Below are positions 49,445-57,482 of a stretch of DNA of 64,000 bases, in pieces (the stretch's first letter is position 1; every line of letters starts with the position of its first letter). The notes under the pieces were generated by a model. The model was not told where the DNA came from. It saw only the letters and a list, made by a program, of their open reading frames with translations, and ran no database searches. The position numbers were made by a program, and so were the translations under genes. The stretch is from Dehalococcoidia bacterium (GTDB taxonomy: Bacteria; Chloroflexota; Dehalococcoidia; UBA2979), in assembly GCA_965262725.1 (NCBI GenBank), contig OZ253555.1:224001-288000 (forward strand), given 5' to 3'.

Positions 49445-49545
49445 TGCTGCTTCCCGACGTCAACGTGCTGGTGACGCACACGTCGAGGACTATGCGAACT
49501 GGGTCACGCGCCTGGCGACGGGGCCGGAGCCGTTCGCCCTCTCGG
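49445..49545 (+). pseudogene. Truncated VapC toxin
   Basis: MLLPDVNVLV, then a frameshifted WVTRLATGPEPFALS, then similarity is lost. Confidence 0.7.
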
Positions 49546-49797
49546 CGGCATCCGCTGCGCCCCGACGTCATGTAGCGACGCGCCGCAGCGGCGATCCGAG
49601 GAGGCACGGCTGGGCACCGCCCCGGACTGCGCCGCGCCCGGTGCGGCTGGGTACGACAGCGGCTGGCGTGCAGGTGGCGAGCACCTCCAGCTCGCGGCGC
49701 CGGCGGCGGCGCATCGGGGACCGCCCCCGCTCGCCATCGTCTTCGGCGGCACGCCAGGCCGTCTCATTGGTCACGAAGTTCGTGCTACACTGATTTC

Positions 49798-50028
49798 GTG
49801 CGGAACGTGACCATCGTCCTCGACGACGAGACGGCGCGCTGGGCGCGAATCGAGGCCGCGCGGCGGGACACCAGCGTGTCGCGACTGGTCGGCGGCCTGA
49901 TCCGGGAGCAGATGGCACGCGAGGACCGCTACGAGCGGGCCCGGCGCTCCTACCTCGCACAGCCGCCCACGGACATCAGTTCCCGTTCGGGGGCCTACCC
50001 GTCCCGCGACGAGATGCACCGGCGGTGA
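49798..50028 (+). CDS. RHH/CopG-type antitoxin
   Basis: MRNVTIVLDDETARWARIEAARRDTSVSRLV; upstream palindrome CACGAAGTTCGTG. Confidence 0.85.
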   Translation: MRNVTIVLDDETARWARIEAARRDTSVSRLVGGLIREQMAREDRYERARRSYLAQPPTDISSRSGAYPSRDEMHRR

Positions 50029-50480
50029 GTGTCTTCGTCGATACGAACGTCCTGGTATATGCACGAGACGTCCATGATCCCGAGAAGTGCCGGAAGGCCC
50101 GCACCTGGATGGAGCACCTCTGGTCGTCCCGCGAAGGGCGACTGAGCGCACAGGTCCTGAACGAGTACTACGTCACCGTCACCGGGAAACTCGTGCCCGG
50201 TCTTCCGCCCGCTGAGGCCCGAGCCGACATCGAGCGGCTCCTGACCTGGAGCCCGCTCCCGGTCGACGCGACCCTCATCGAGGATGCGCTCGAGATCGGC
50301 GAGGCCGGGGCGTTCTCGCACTGGGATGCGCTGATCGTTGCCGCCGCCCAGCGAGCAGGCTGCGAGTTCCTGCTGACGGAAGACCTCAGCGACGGACGGA
50401 CGATCGACTCGCTCACCGTCATCAGCCCTTTCACACACGATCCCCGCCCCGGTCGAGAGCAGCCCGCCGGGCACGACTGA
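50025..50480 (+). CDS. PIN-domain (VapC) toxin
   Basis: FVDTNVLVYA, QVLNE, WDALIVAAA, LLTED. Confidence 0.9.
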   Translation: MSVFVDTNVLVYARDVHDPEKCRKARTWMEHLWSSREGRLSAQVLNEYYVTVTGKLVPGLPPAEARADIERLLTWSPLPVDATLIEDALEIGEAGAFSHWDALIVAAAQRAGCEFLLTEDLSDGRTIDSLTVISPFTHDPRPGREQPAGHD

Positions 50481-50632
50481 GGCCACGGCGGCCGGGCGTG
50501 GCGCGGACCAGGCGACTGTGTTTGAGCTTGCCGGAGTCGACAGTGAAGGCCTTGAGATCCGCCGCCCCTGCGGATCTCCCCACGCTGCCACTCGGGTAGG
50601 GCCCGCACGATCGGGCTCGTGCCCGTCTCGTC

Positions 50633-52912
50633 TCAGCGGCACAGCAGGCCGAACTGGTAGCCGCGCGCGGCCAGGCCGTCGAGCACGGTCTCGAGGGCGG
50701 CGACGGTCTGTGAGCGCTCGCCGCCGCCATCGTGCATGAGGATGATCGCGCCGGGGCGCACGCTGGACAGCACGTGCGAGGTGATCTGCTCGGCGCCGGG
50801 CCGGCGCCAGTCCTGCGTGTCGATGCTCCACAGCACGATCGATTTGCCGAGTTCGGCGGCCAGCTCCCTCGTCTGCGCGTTCATCGCCGCGTACGGCGGG
50901 CGCAGGCACGCGATGGGGTCGACGCGATCGCCGGCGGCGGCGTGGAGCGCCTCGTCGGCCGCGGCGACCTGCGAGATGAAGAGCTCGCGCGGGGCCTTGT
51001 CGAGCCAGATGTGGTCGAAGGTGTGGTTCTCGGCCTCGTGCCCGGCGGCGATCATGCGGTCGACAATCTCCGGGAACCGCGAGACGTTCTGGCCGAGCGC
51101 GAAGAACGTCGCCGGCGCCTCGTACCGCGCGAGGAGGTCCAGCACCCTCGGCGTCCACGTGGGGTGCGGGCCGTCGTCGAATGTCAGGTAGACGACCGGC
51201 GCGCCCGCCCGGTCGTGCGCCGCCGGCTCAGACGGCTCGACGTTCCCGGTCGGCGCGGGCTCCGGCTCGGGCTGCTGCCACGCTGCCTCGATCGCGTCCC
51301 ACGTCGGGCCGTCGACCACGCCCGTCGGTTCGAGGTCGGCCTCCTGCTGAATCTGGATCACGGCCTCGCGCGTGGGCGTGTCGTAGACGTCGTAGTAACG
51401 GCCCGAGTCGACGAAGCCGAGCGAGCGCACGCGCGCGAGGCGCTGCTGCAACGCTCGCACGAAGCGCCCGCGGTCGCCCGACCCGAGCGTGAGCCCACCT
51501 GCGAAGCGCTCCGGAGGCGGCGCCGTCAGCAACTCCTCGGCTGCCGGTGTCTCGGGTGGCAGGCCGGGCGCCTTCCCGGCGGCGTCAAGGAACGCCACCG
51601 CCTGCTGGAGGAACGCGTCGTCCGGTGCGAGCTCCGCCGCTCGGCGGGCCGCCTCGCGCGCGCGGTCGAGGTCGTCGGGCGACGCGAGCACGAGCCCGAG
51701 CGCGCGGACCGCGTGGACGGACGGGTCGTCGGGGCGCTGGCCGCTTGCCCGCTCGCTGTAGTCGAGGATCGTCACGGCCATCGTCGCGAGATCGGTCTCG
51801 GCGGCGGTGTTCGCGATCAGCGGACCGTCGAGGGCAAACGCATCGGCGGGGGAGTGCTGGCGCATGAGGTCGAGCGCGGCCGCGTACTCGCCGGCGAGCA
51901 CGTTGGTGAGCAGCGGCTGGCCCGGCGAGCCCGCGTGGGCGAGTCGCAGCGCCGCGCCCTGGTTGACGAGGATGGAGAGCCAGCGCAGGCCGTCCTCGCC
52001 CGGCGCCCGGCTCGCCGTCGTCACGGCGAGCGCCGCGGCCTCCCTCCAGAGGTCGGCCTCGGCCAGTTGGACGACGCGCGCGGCGGCCGTCGCGGCGTCG
52101 CCCGCGAGGCCGGGTGGCACTCGGAGCGGCGCGTCGCTGAGCGCGGAGCCGTCCCAGCGGTGGATGCGGACGGCGTGCTCCTCGACGGCACAGGCGTAGC
52201 AGAACACGTAGGGGTTCGAGGTGTTGAGCACGAACTCCGGCACGCCGTCACCGTCGAGGTCCGTGATCTCGCCCGCGTTGGGTCGCGAGCTGATGTGCGA
52301 GAGCGCGGTCGAGATGACGCCGGTAGCAGCGGCGAAGCGGATCACGTCGAGCGTCCCCGCGTGGGCGCCCGTCGGGCCGCGGACCACAATCCAGGCGCTG
52401 CCGGGCGTGATCGACAGGAGATCGACTTCGCCGGTGCGCTGGGGGGCCGACTCGATCTCGACGCGTGCGAGCTCGGGCGACCACGACCCGCCGGCGTTGA
52501 GCCGGTAGACGGCGACGATGTGGAAGAAGTTCACGGGGTCGCCGGCGGCGTTCACGTACCCGGGTTGCGGGCCGCCGGTGAGGACGGCCCAGTAGCGACC
52601 CTCCGCGTCGCTCAGTTCGAGGTCGAGCGCGCGCGCCTCGAGCAGGTTCTCTCCGAACTCCTTGGCGATGTCGGCGAGCACCATCGCCTCGAGTTCGGCG
52701 GCGTGCTGCGCGAGCTCGGCGGCGGTGGGTGCAGGCGGAGGCGTGGGGCTGGGCGCTGGTGTCCGGGCGGGTGCGGGCGTCGCGGCGGGAGGCGGCGACG
52801 GGCTTGTCGTCGTCGTGGGCTCGGGCGTGTCGCTGGAGCTACCGAACGGGTTGCACGCCACGAGCACCAGCGCGCCTGCGGCGAGGAAGGCGGCAGCCAG
52901 TTGCCGGCTCAT
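50633..52912 (-). CDS. Lipoprotein with peptidoglycan-binding domain and NodB polysaccharide deacetylase
   Basis: LVAC lipobox, Pro/Thr linker, DLDGDG, PG-binding (GDRGRFVRALQQRL...TGVVDGPTW), TFDDGP, HTFDH, RPPY, LMHD. Confidence 0.9.
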   Translation of the reverse strand: MSRQLAAAFLAAGALVLVACNPFGSSSDTPEPTTTTSPSPPPAATPAPARTPAPSPTPPPAPTAAELAQHAAELEAMVLADIAKEFGENLLEARALDLELSDAEGRYWAVLTGGPQPGYVNAAGDPVNFFHIVAVYRLNAGGSWSPELARVEIESAPQRTGEVDLLSITPGSAWIVVRGPTGAHAGTLDVIRFAAATGVISTALSHISSRPNAGEITDLDGDGVPEFVLNTSNPYVFCYACAVEEHAVRIHRWDGSALSDAPLRVPPGLAGDAATAAARVVQLAEADLWREAAALAVTTASRAPGEDGLRWLSILVNQGAALRLAHAGSPGQPLLTNVLAGEYAAALDLMRQHSPADAFALDGPLIANTAAETDLATMAVTILDYSERASGQRPDDPSVHAVRALGLVLASPDDLDRAREAARRAAELAPDDAFLQQAVAFLDAAGKAPGLPPETPAAEELLTAPPPERFAGGLTLGSGDRGRFVRALQQRLARVRSLGFVDSGRYYDVYDTPTREAVIQIQQEADLEPTGVVDGPTWDAIEAAWQQPEPEPAPTGNVEPSEPAAHDRAGAPVVYLTFDDGPHPTWTPRVLDLLARYEAPATFFALGQNVSRFPEIVDRMIAAGHEAENHTFDHIWLDKAPRELFISQVAAADEALHAAAGDRVDPIACLRPPYAAMNAQTRELAAELGKSIVLWSIDTQDWRRPGAEQITSHVLSSVRPGAIILMHDGGGERSQTVAALETVLDGLAARGYQFGLLCR

Positions 52913-53001
52913 CGAACGAACGGTAGCAGCCACGGGAGCGCTACGGATGACACCAGCTCAGATCGGACTGGAGGCGAACGGCGACACGTGCAGAAGAGCG
53001 G

Positions 53002-53233
53002 CACAACACGAGCGTCCGCGCGACCGCCCTCGTCCTCCACGCCCTCACGGAGGCGGATCCCCGCCATCCCCTCATCGAGGAGGCCGCCCGCTGGCTCGTG
53101 CTCGCGTGCTCACAAGAGCGCTGGACGACCTCGGTCGAGCGGGCACAGGGCATGGCGTCGCTCGGGGCCTTCGCGGAGCTGACCGGCGAACTCCGGAGCG
53201 CCTACGACTACCGCTTGCTGCTCAACACGCGCC
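53002..53233 (+). pseudogene. Internal fragment resembling bacterial alpha-2-macroglobulin
   Basis: Startless frame TSVRATALVLHAL...HPLIEEAARWL...W.TSVERAQGMASL...LRSAYDY. Confidence 0.5.
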
Positions 53234-53347
53234 AGATGCCGTGCCCGCCGTGAGCTGCCTCGGCCGTCTCACGGAATGCTAGCGGGCGTCCTGCCCCGGT
53301 AGCGGTGTGCGGCCGCGATGTGTCCGGCTCAGTCCGCTGGATCAGAT

Positions 53348-53773
53348 TCAGAGAGGGTTGCGCCAGCGCAGGCCCGGGAATCGGCCGAAGTCCGCGTCGT
53401 TGGAGTGCAGCTCGGCCTGATACTCGATCGTGAGGGCGGCGATATGGGCATCCGTCACGAGGTTGGCGCCGACGCCCGACGCTATCAGGAGGCGGCGGAA
53501 CAGCGTCAGGTGCTCCGCGCCGGGGTTGAGCGGCGTGACGTGGGGGAAGTCGAACCACTCCCGCACATAGTCAACGGCCTGCTCCGGCGTGCACGGCTCG
53601 CTGAGCACGCTCGCGTGGGTGAGTAGACGGACGAAGCCGGCCGCCACCAGCCAGGGGACGCCAACCCGATCCGTACCGTTGACGAGATCTTCCCACCAGC
53701 GACGGGCGGGCGCGTGCAACGCCGTGGCGTCGTTGTGGGCGTAGATGAGCAGATTCAGGTCGGGGACGATCAC
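53348..53773 (-). CDS. vapC: VapC PIN toxin (copy 2)
   Basis: 5 aa differences from 31131-31556. Confidence 0.93.
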   Translation of the reverse strand: MIVPDLNLLIYAHNDATALHAPARRWWEDLVNGTDRVGVPWLVAAGFVRLLTHASVLSEPCTPEQAVDYVREWFDFPHVTPLNPGAEHLTLFRRLLIASGVGANLVTDAHIAALTIEYQAELHSNDADFGRFPGLRWRNPL

Positions 53774-54027
53774 CCCGCGGACCGCCTCGCGAATGCTCCA
53801 GCCTCAAGCTCGTCGTTCAACTGGTTGAGCCGGAGCGGATCGACGCCGGGCTTGAAGCCGCTCTGATTCGGGCGGACCCGGTAGGCGGGTCGCCCTTCCT
53901 CAACGGCCAGCGACATCCCCCGGCGCAAGGCATCATTGACGACCTGCTTGAACGGCCGGTCCCGGAGACGAGCCTGCTCCCGCAGGGCGGCGGCGACATC
54001 GTCGTCGAGCGTCAGCGTGGTTCTCAT
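53770..54027 (-). CDS. vapB: VapB antitoxin (copy 2)
   Basis: 1 aa difference from 31553-31810. Confidence 0.9.
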   Translation of the reverse strand: MRTTLTLDDDVAAALREQARLRDRPFKQVVNDALRRGMSLAVEEGRPAYRVRPNQSGFKPGVDPLRLNQLNDELEAGAFARRSAG

Positions 54028-54697
54028 AGGCACATCATGATGTGTGATCAGTATGATGTCTAGATGCCGACAAGCCCCTGCTGCCTTCATCTCGCGCTCC
54101 GGGAGCGCGATGAGGCCGACCGCCTCGGTCGCTCGATGGGCCACCGCCGTGCACACCAGGGGATGTGATCGGCCGTGCCAATGTCATCCCCACCTGTACC
54201 ACTCGGTCGTCAGCGCCATCATTCGCGTTCATCTGTCGTTTTCGGCTGCACCCCGGAACCGTAACCGGCCACATCCCGGGAGGAGCAGCAGCGAACCGCC
54301 GACGACTGCATCCCCAGACGTAGCAGCCTCGCCGGGGACTGGCGTTCGCGAACCGAGGGCGTAGCTCGCGACCGCCCGCGCGGCCGCAGACTCACGTGGA
54401 CTGCCGGGCCGTCGCGAGGTCGTAGCTGGCCTGACGGCTGAGCCACAGCCCTGCCCCTCCAGGCCCTCGCCCCCCTCGCGGACTCGAGTCAAGACTCCCG
54501 GGAGGGGTCGGCGCCGCGATCCCGGGCCCACCCTCGAGTCTCGTCCGGCGCGGGAGGCGGGACGACTTCACCGTGATGTCCGCTACGGCCGGGGAGGCCG
54601 CCTGCGGCAATAGTGCTCGCAGACGGGTGCGGTTCCGGACCCGGCGCACACCGCCCGGGACGACCAAGCCGCGCAAGCAGTCAGGGCTGAGACGATT

Positions 54698-54988
54698 TCA
54701 GGCAGATGCCTCAATGAGCGGTTCGATGGCGCTGATGTCCGTCTTGGCCCGGGCGATGTCGAGGTCGTACATCCGTTGGAGGTTCAGCCAATAGTCCGGA
54801 GTCATGCCCAGCGCCCTTCCGATACGCAGCGCTGTATCAGCCGTAATGGATCTGCGGCAGTGGACGACATCGTGGATGCGTACCTGTGGCACCTTCATCG
54901 TCTTCGCCAGGCGGTACTGGGTGATGTCCAGCTCTTCCATAATCTCAGCTAGATGTTCTCCGGGGTGGATCGGTTCGGCGGTGGTCAT
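54698..54988 (-). CDS. higA: HigA addiction-module antitoxin
   Basis: PIHPGEHL...ITADTALR...YWLNLQRMYD. Confidence 0.93.
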   Translation of the reverse strand: MTTAEPIHPGEHLAEIMEELDITQYRLAKTMKVPQVRIHDVVHCRRSITADTALRIGRALGMTPDYWLNLQRMYDLDIARAKTDISAIEPLIEASA

Positions 54989-54999
54989 GGGTGTCCTCC

Positions 55000-55278
55000 T
55001 CAGTGGTAGTCGGTGACGTCGATCTCCATCGCGCCTCGGTCTGTCCAGACAAAGCACACGCGCCACTGGTCGTTGATGCGAATGCTGTACTGGCCCTTCC
55101 TGTCTCCGATCAGGGCTTCGAGCCGGTGCGAGGGCGGCACCCGAAGGTCGGTGAGCGCCCCAGCCGCCACCACTCGCTGTAGCCTCACGCGCGCCCGGCG
55201 CTGGATGTCGGCCGGCAATCGACGGACCGGCTGTCCGTCGAAGAGTCGTTGGGCATCGTCATCCCTAAACCGGTTCAC
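55000..55278 (-). CDS. higB: HigB (RelE/ParE) toxin
   Basis: DLRVPPSHRLEAL.GDRKGQYSIRINDQWRVCF...DYH; toxin-first order. Confidence 0.92.
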   Translation of the reverse strand: MNRFRDDDAQRLFDGQPVRRLPADIQRRARVRLQRVVAAGALTDLRVPPSHRLEALIGDRKGQYSIRINDQWRVCFVWTDRGAMEIDVTDYH

Positions 55279-55450
55279 CTCTGACGATGCTAACGACTCA
55301 CGTTACTAATGTCACGGATACATATTGCGAGCGGGTCGGGGATCGCGCCCACGCGTGCGCGCCTCCACGCGGCGTGGACGAGCTGACGCTGCGGGTAGCG
55401 ATCGCACATCTGCGCACTCTCCAGGCACCCGCCACCGGCACGCCGCGTCC

Positions 55451-56509
55451 TCAGTCCGCCGCGGGCACGGGTTGGCCGTAGATGTGCACCGCGCGCGTCG
55501 GGAAGGCGAACTCGACGCCCGCCTCGCGGAAGCGGCGCAGCAACTCCAGATTGATCGCCTGCTGGGTGTCCATGTAGACGCCGTACTCCGCGGTCAGCAT
55601 GTGGTAGACCGCCTCGAACTCCAGCGCCGACTCCCCGAAGCCGCGGAAATGCGCGCGATCGAAGCGTGTCGTGGCCTGCTGCTCGACTGCCTCCCGGATC
55701 ATCCCCGGGATCGCCTCGATCTGTTCGAGCGGCGTGCCGTACGTGACCCCGAGGGTCAGCACCACGCGCCGCTCGTCCATCCGCCCGAAATTGCGGATGC
55801 GCGAACTCAGCAGATCGCTGTTGCCGATGACCAGTTGCTCGCCGCTGAGGCTGCGCAGATGCGTCGTCTTCACGCCGATTCGCTCGACGCTCCCCGACAT
55901 ATCCCCCGCCGACACGAAGTCGCCGACCGCGAATGGCCGATCCAGCACGATCGCCAGCGAGGCGAATAGATCGCCGAGGATGCTCTGCGCCGCCAGCGCA
56001 ATCGCGATGCCGCCGATGCCCAGCCCTGCGACCAGCGCCGTGACCTGCACGCCGAAGTTGTCGAGCGCGAGAATGAGCAGCAGCGACCAGAGGACGAGCG
56101 TCCCGATGTAGCGACCGGCCTCGGTGACGCCGGGGGCGGCGAAGTCGGGATCACGCGCGCGCTGCCAGCGCGCCGCGAACGTGATGGCTGCGCTGCCCCA
56201 GAGGCCGCCCTGCACCGTCATTGCGATGACGGCGACGGCGCGCACGACGCGCACGAGCTCGTCCGGCATCGTGACGGCGTTCGCGCCCGCGAAGAGCGCG
56301 ACGATCAGGATGATCGCCTCGTGGGTGCGCCGCTCCACCGCCGCGGCCAGGCCCCGGAGCGGAGTCGCCGCGCCCTCTTGCGGCCCGCGCTCGGTGATGC
56401 GAACGAGCACCCAGCGCAGCAGCAACACCGAGGCGAAGACACCGGTGGCGATCAGCGCCGCGGCAACCCAGTCCTCGACGCTGTTGCCCCGGAAGGCATC
56501 CCAGTCCAT
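55451..56509 (-). CDS. Small-conductance mechanosensitive channel (MscS family)
   Basis: LVAGLGIGGIAIALAAQ, DRPFAVGD, GSVERIG, FAFPT. Confidence 0.93.
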   Translation of the reverse strand: MDWDAFRGNSVEDWVAAALIATGVFASVLLLRWVLVRITERGPQEGAATPLRGLAAAVERRTHEAIILIVALFAGANAVTMPDELVRVVRAVAVIAMTVQGGLWGSAAITFAARWQRARDPDFAAPGVTEAGRYIGTLVLWSLLLILALDNFGVQVTALVAGLGIGGIAIALAAQSILGDLFASLAIVLDRPFAVGDFVSAGDMSGSVERIGVKTTHLRSLSGEQLVIGNSDLLSSRIRNFGRMDERRVVLTLGVTYGTPLEQIEAIPGMIREAVEQQATTRFDRAHFRGFGESALEFEAVYHMLTAEYGVYMDTQQAINLELLRRFREAGVEFAFPTRAVHIYGQPVPAAD

Positions 56510-56629
56510 GCCTCCGATCCTACGGGATGACTGCGTCACGCCTGGACAAGGCGCGGATCCGCGTCACCTGGGGCTCCACGATCTTCGAGCTGGCGGGATC
56601 GATTGGCCGGCGCTGGTGCGTGGGGCGGC

Positions 56630-56790
56630 GGCGCAGCCTGATCGTCACGAAGCACGGAAAGCCCGTAGCCCGCGTCGTCCCCTACGAGAGCCGGGGAGCC
56701 GACCTCATAGACAGCCTGCGGCACACGCTCACGGTCAGGGGCGACATGTTCACGACCGGCATCCGCTGGGATGCAGATGCTCAATCTTGA
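56630..56790 (+). pseudogene. Phd/YefM antitoxin, 5'-truncated
   Basis: LIVTKHGKPVARVVPY; N-terminal strand missing. Confidence 0.7.
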
Positions 56791-57120
56791 CACGCACATT
56801 CTCATCTTCGCGCTCGGAGGCGAGCTGCTGCCCCGGGAGCACAGCCTGTTGGCCGGGAACAGATGGGTCCGTGTCGTCCATCGTGCTGTGGGAGCTGGCC
56901 AGGCTCGTGCAACTCGGCCGGCTGGATATCAACCTGGACGACCGGGAGGTGGGACGCATCCTGAGCCGGCTGCGGGTGTGGCCGATTGACCTGGCCGTTG
57001 CACGCGCGTCGACCCGCCTGGACTTCAGCAGCGATCCGGCGGACTAGCTCATCGCTGCGACCAGCGTCGTGTACGACATCCCCCTTGCCGACGCGCGACA
57101 ACATCATGCGAAGCTCGAAG
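56777..57120 (+). pseudogene. PIN toxin with frameshift and nonsense codon
   Basis: MLNLDTHILI, shift at ~56865, SIVLWELA...SDPAD[TAG 57045]LIAATS. Confidence 0.8.
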
Positions 57121-57149
57121 AGCGTCCCCCTGGCATAGGAGGCACTGTG

Positions 57150-57267
57150 CGTCTCGGCTCAGCGGCACAGCAGGCCGTACTGGTAGCCGCGCGCGGTCAG
57201 GCCGCCGAGCACGGTCTCGCGGGCGGCGACGGTCTGCGAGCGCTCGCCGCCGCCGTCATGCATGAGG
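57150..57267. repeat. 118-bp diverged copy of the deacetylase gene 3' end (50624-50741)
   Basis: Colinear direct repeat, about 8 substitutions by eye. Confidence 0.9.
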
Positions 57268-57482
57268 CATGCTCTCCCGGCTCACCGGTTTCGAGCTGGC
57301 GGCGGCGCCGTGACGCCGCCACGGCACGTTCCGATGTGAATCGTTATCGAATTTGTACCAAATTAGTAGATCGGCGGCCGGGGGCGAGTGGCGGGAAGGG
57401 TTCCGCACCGTGGCAGCACGTCCTGCTCCGCACGCCTGCGGTGAGTGCGGACTAGTGGCGGCCGCTCCGTGGCTCGCGGCCG

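Larger units (their letters stand above)
53242..54072. repeat. 831-bp vapBC unit, copy 2
   Basis: Direct repeat of 31025-31855. Confidence 0.95.
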
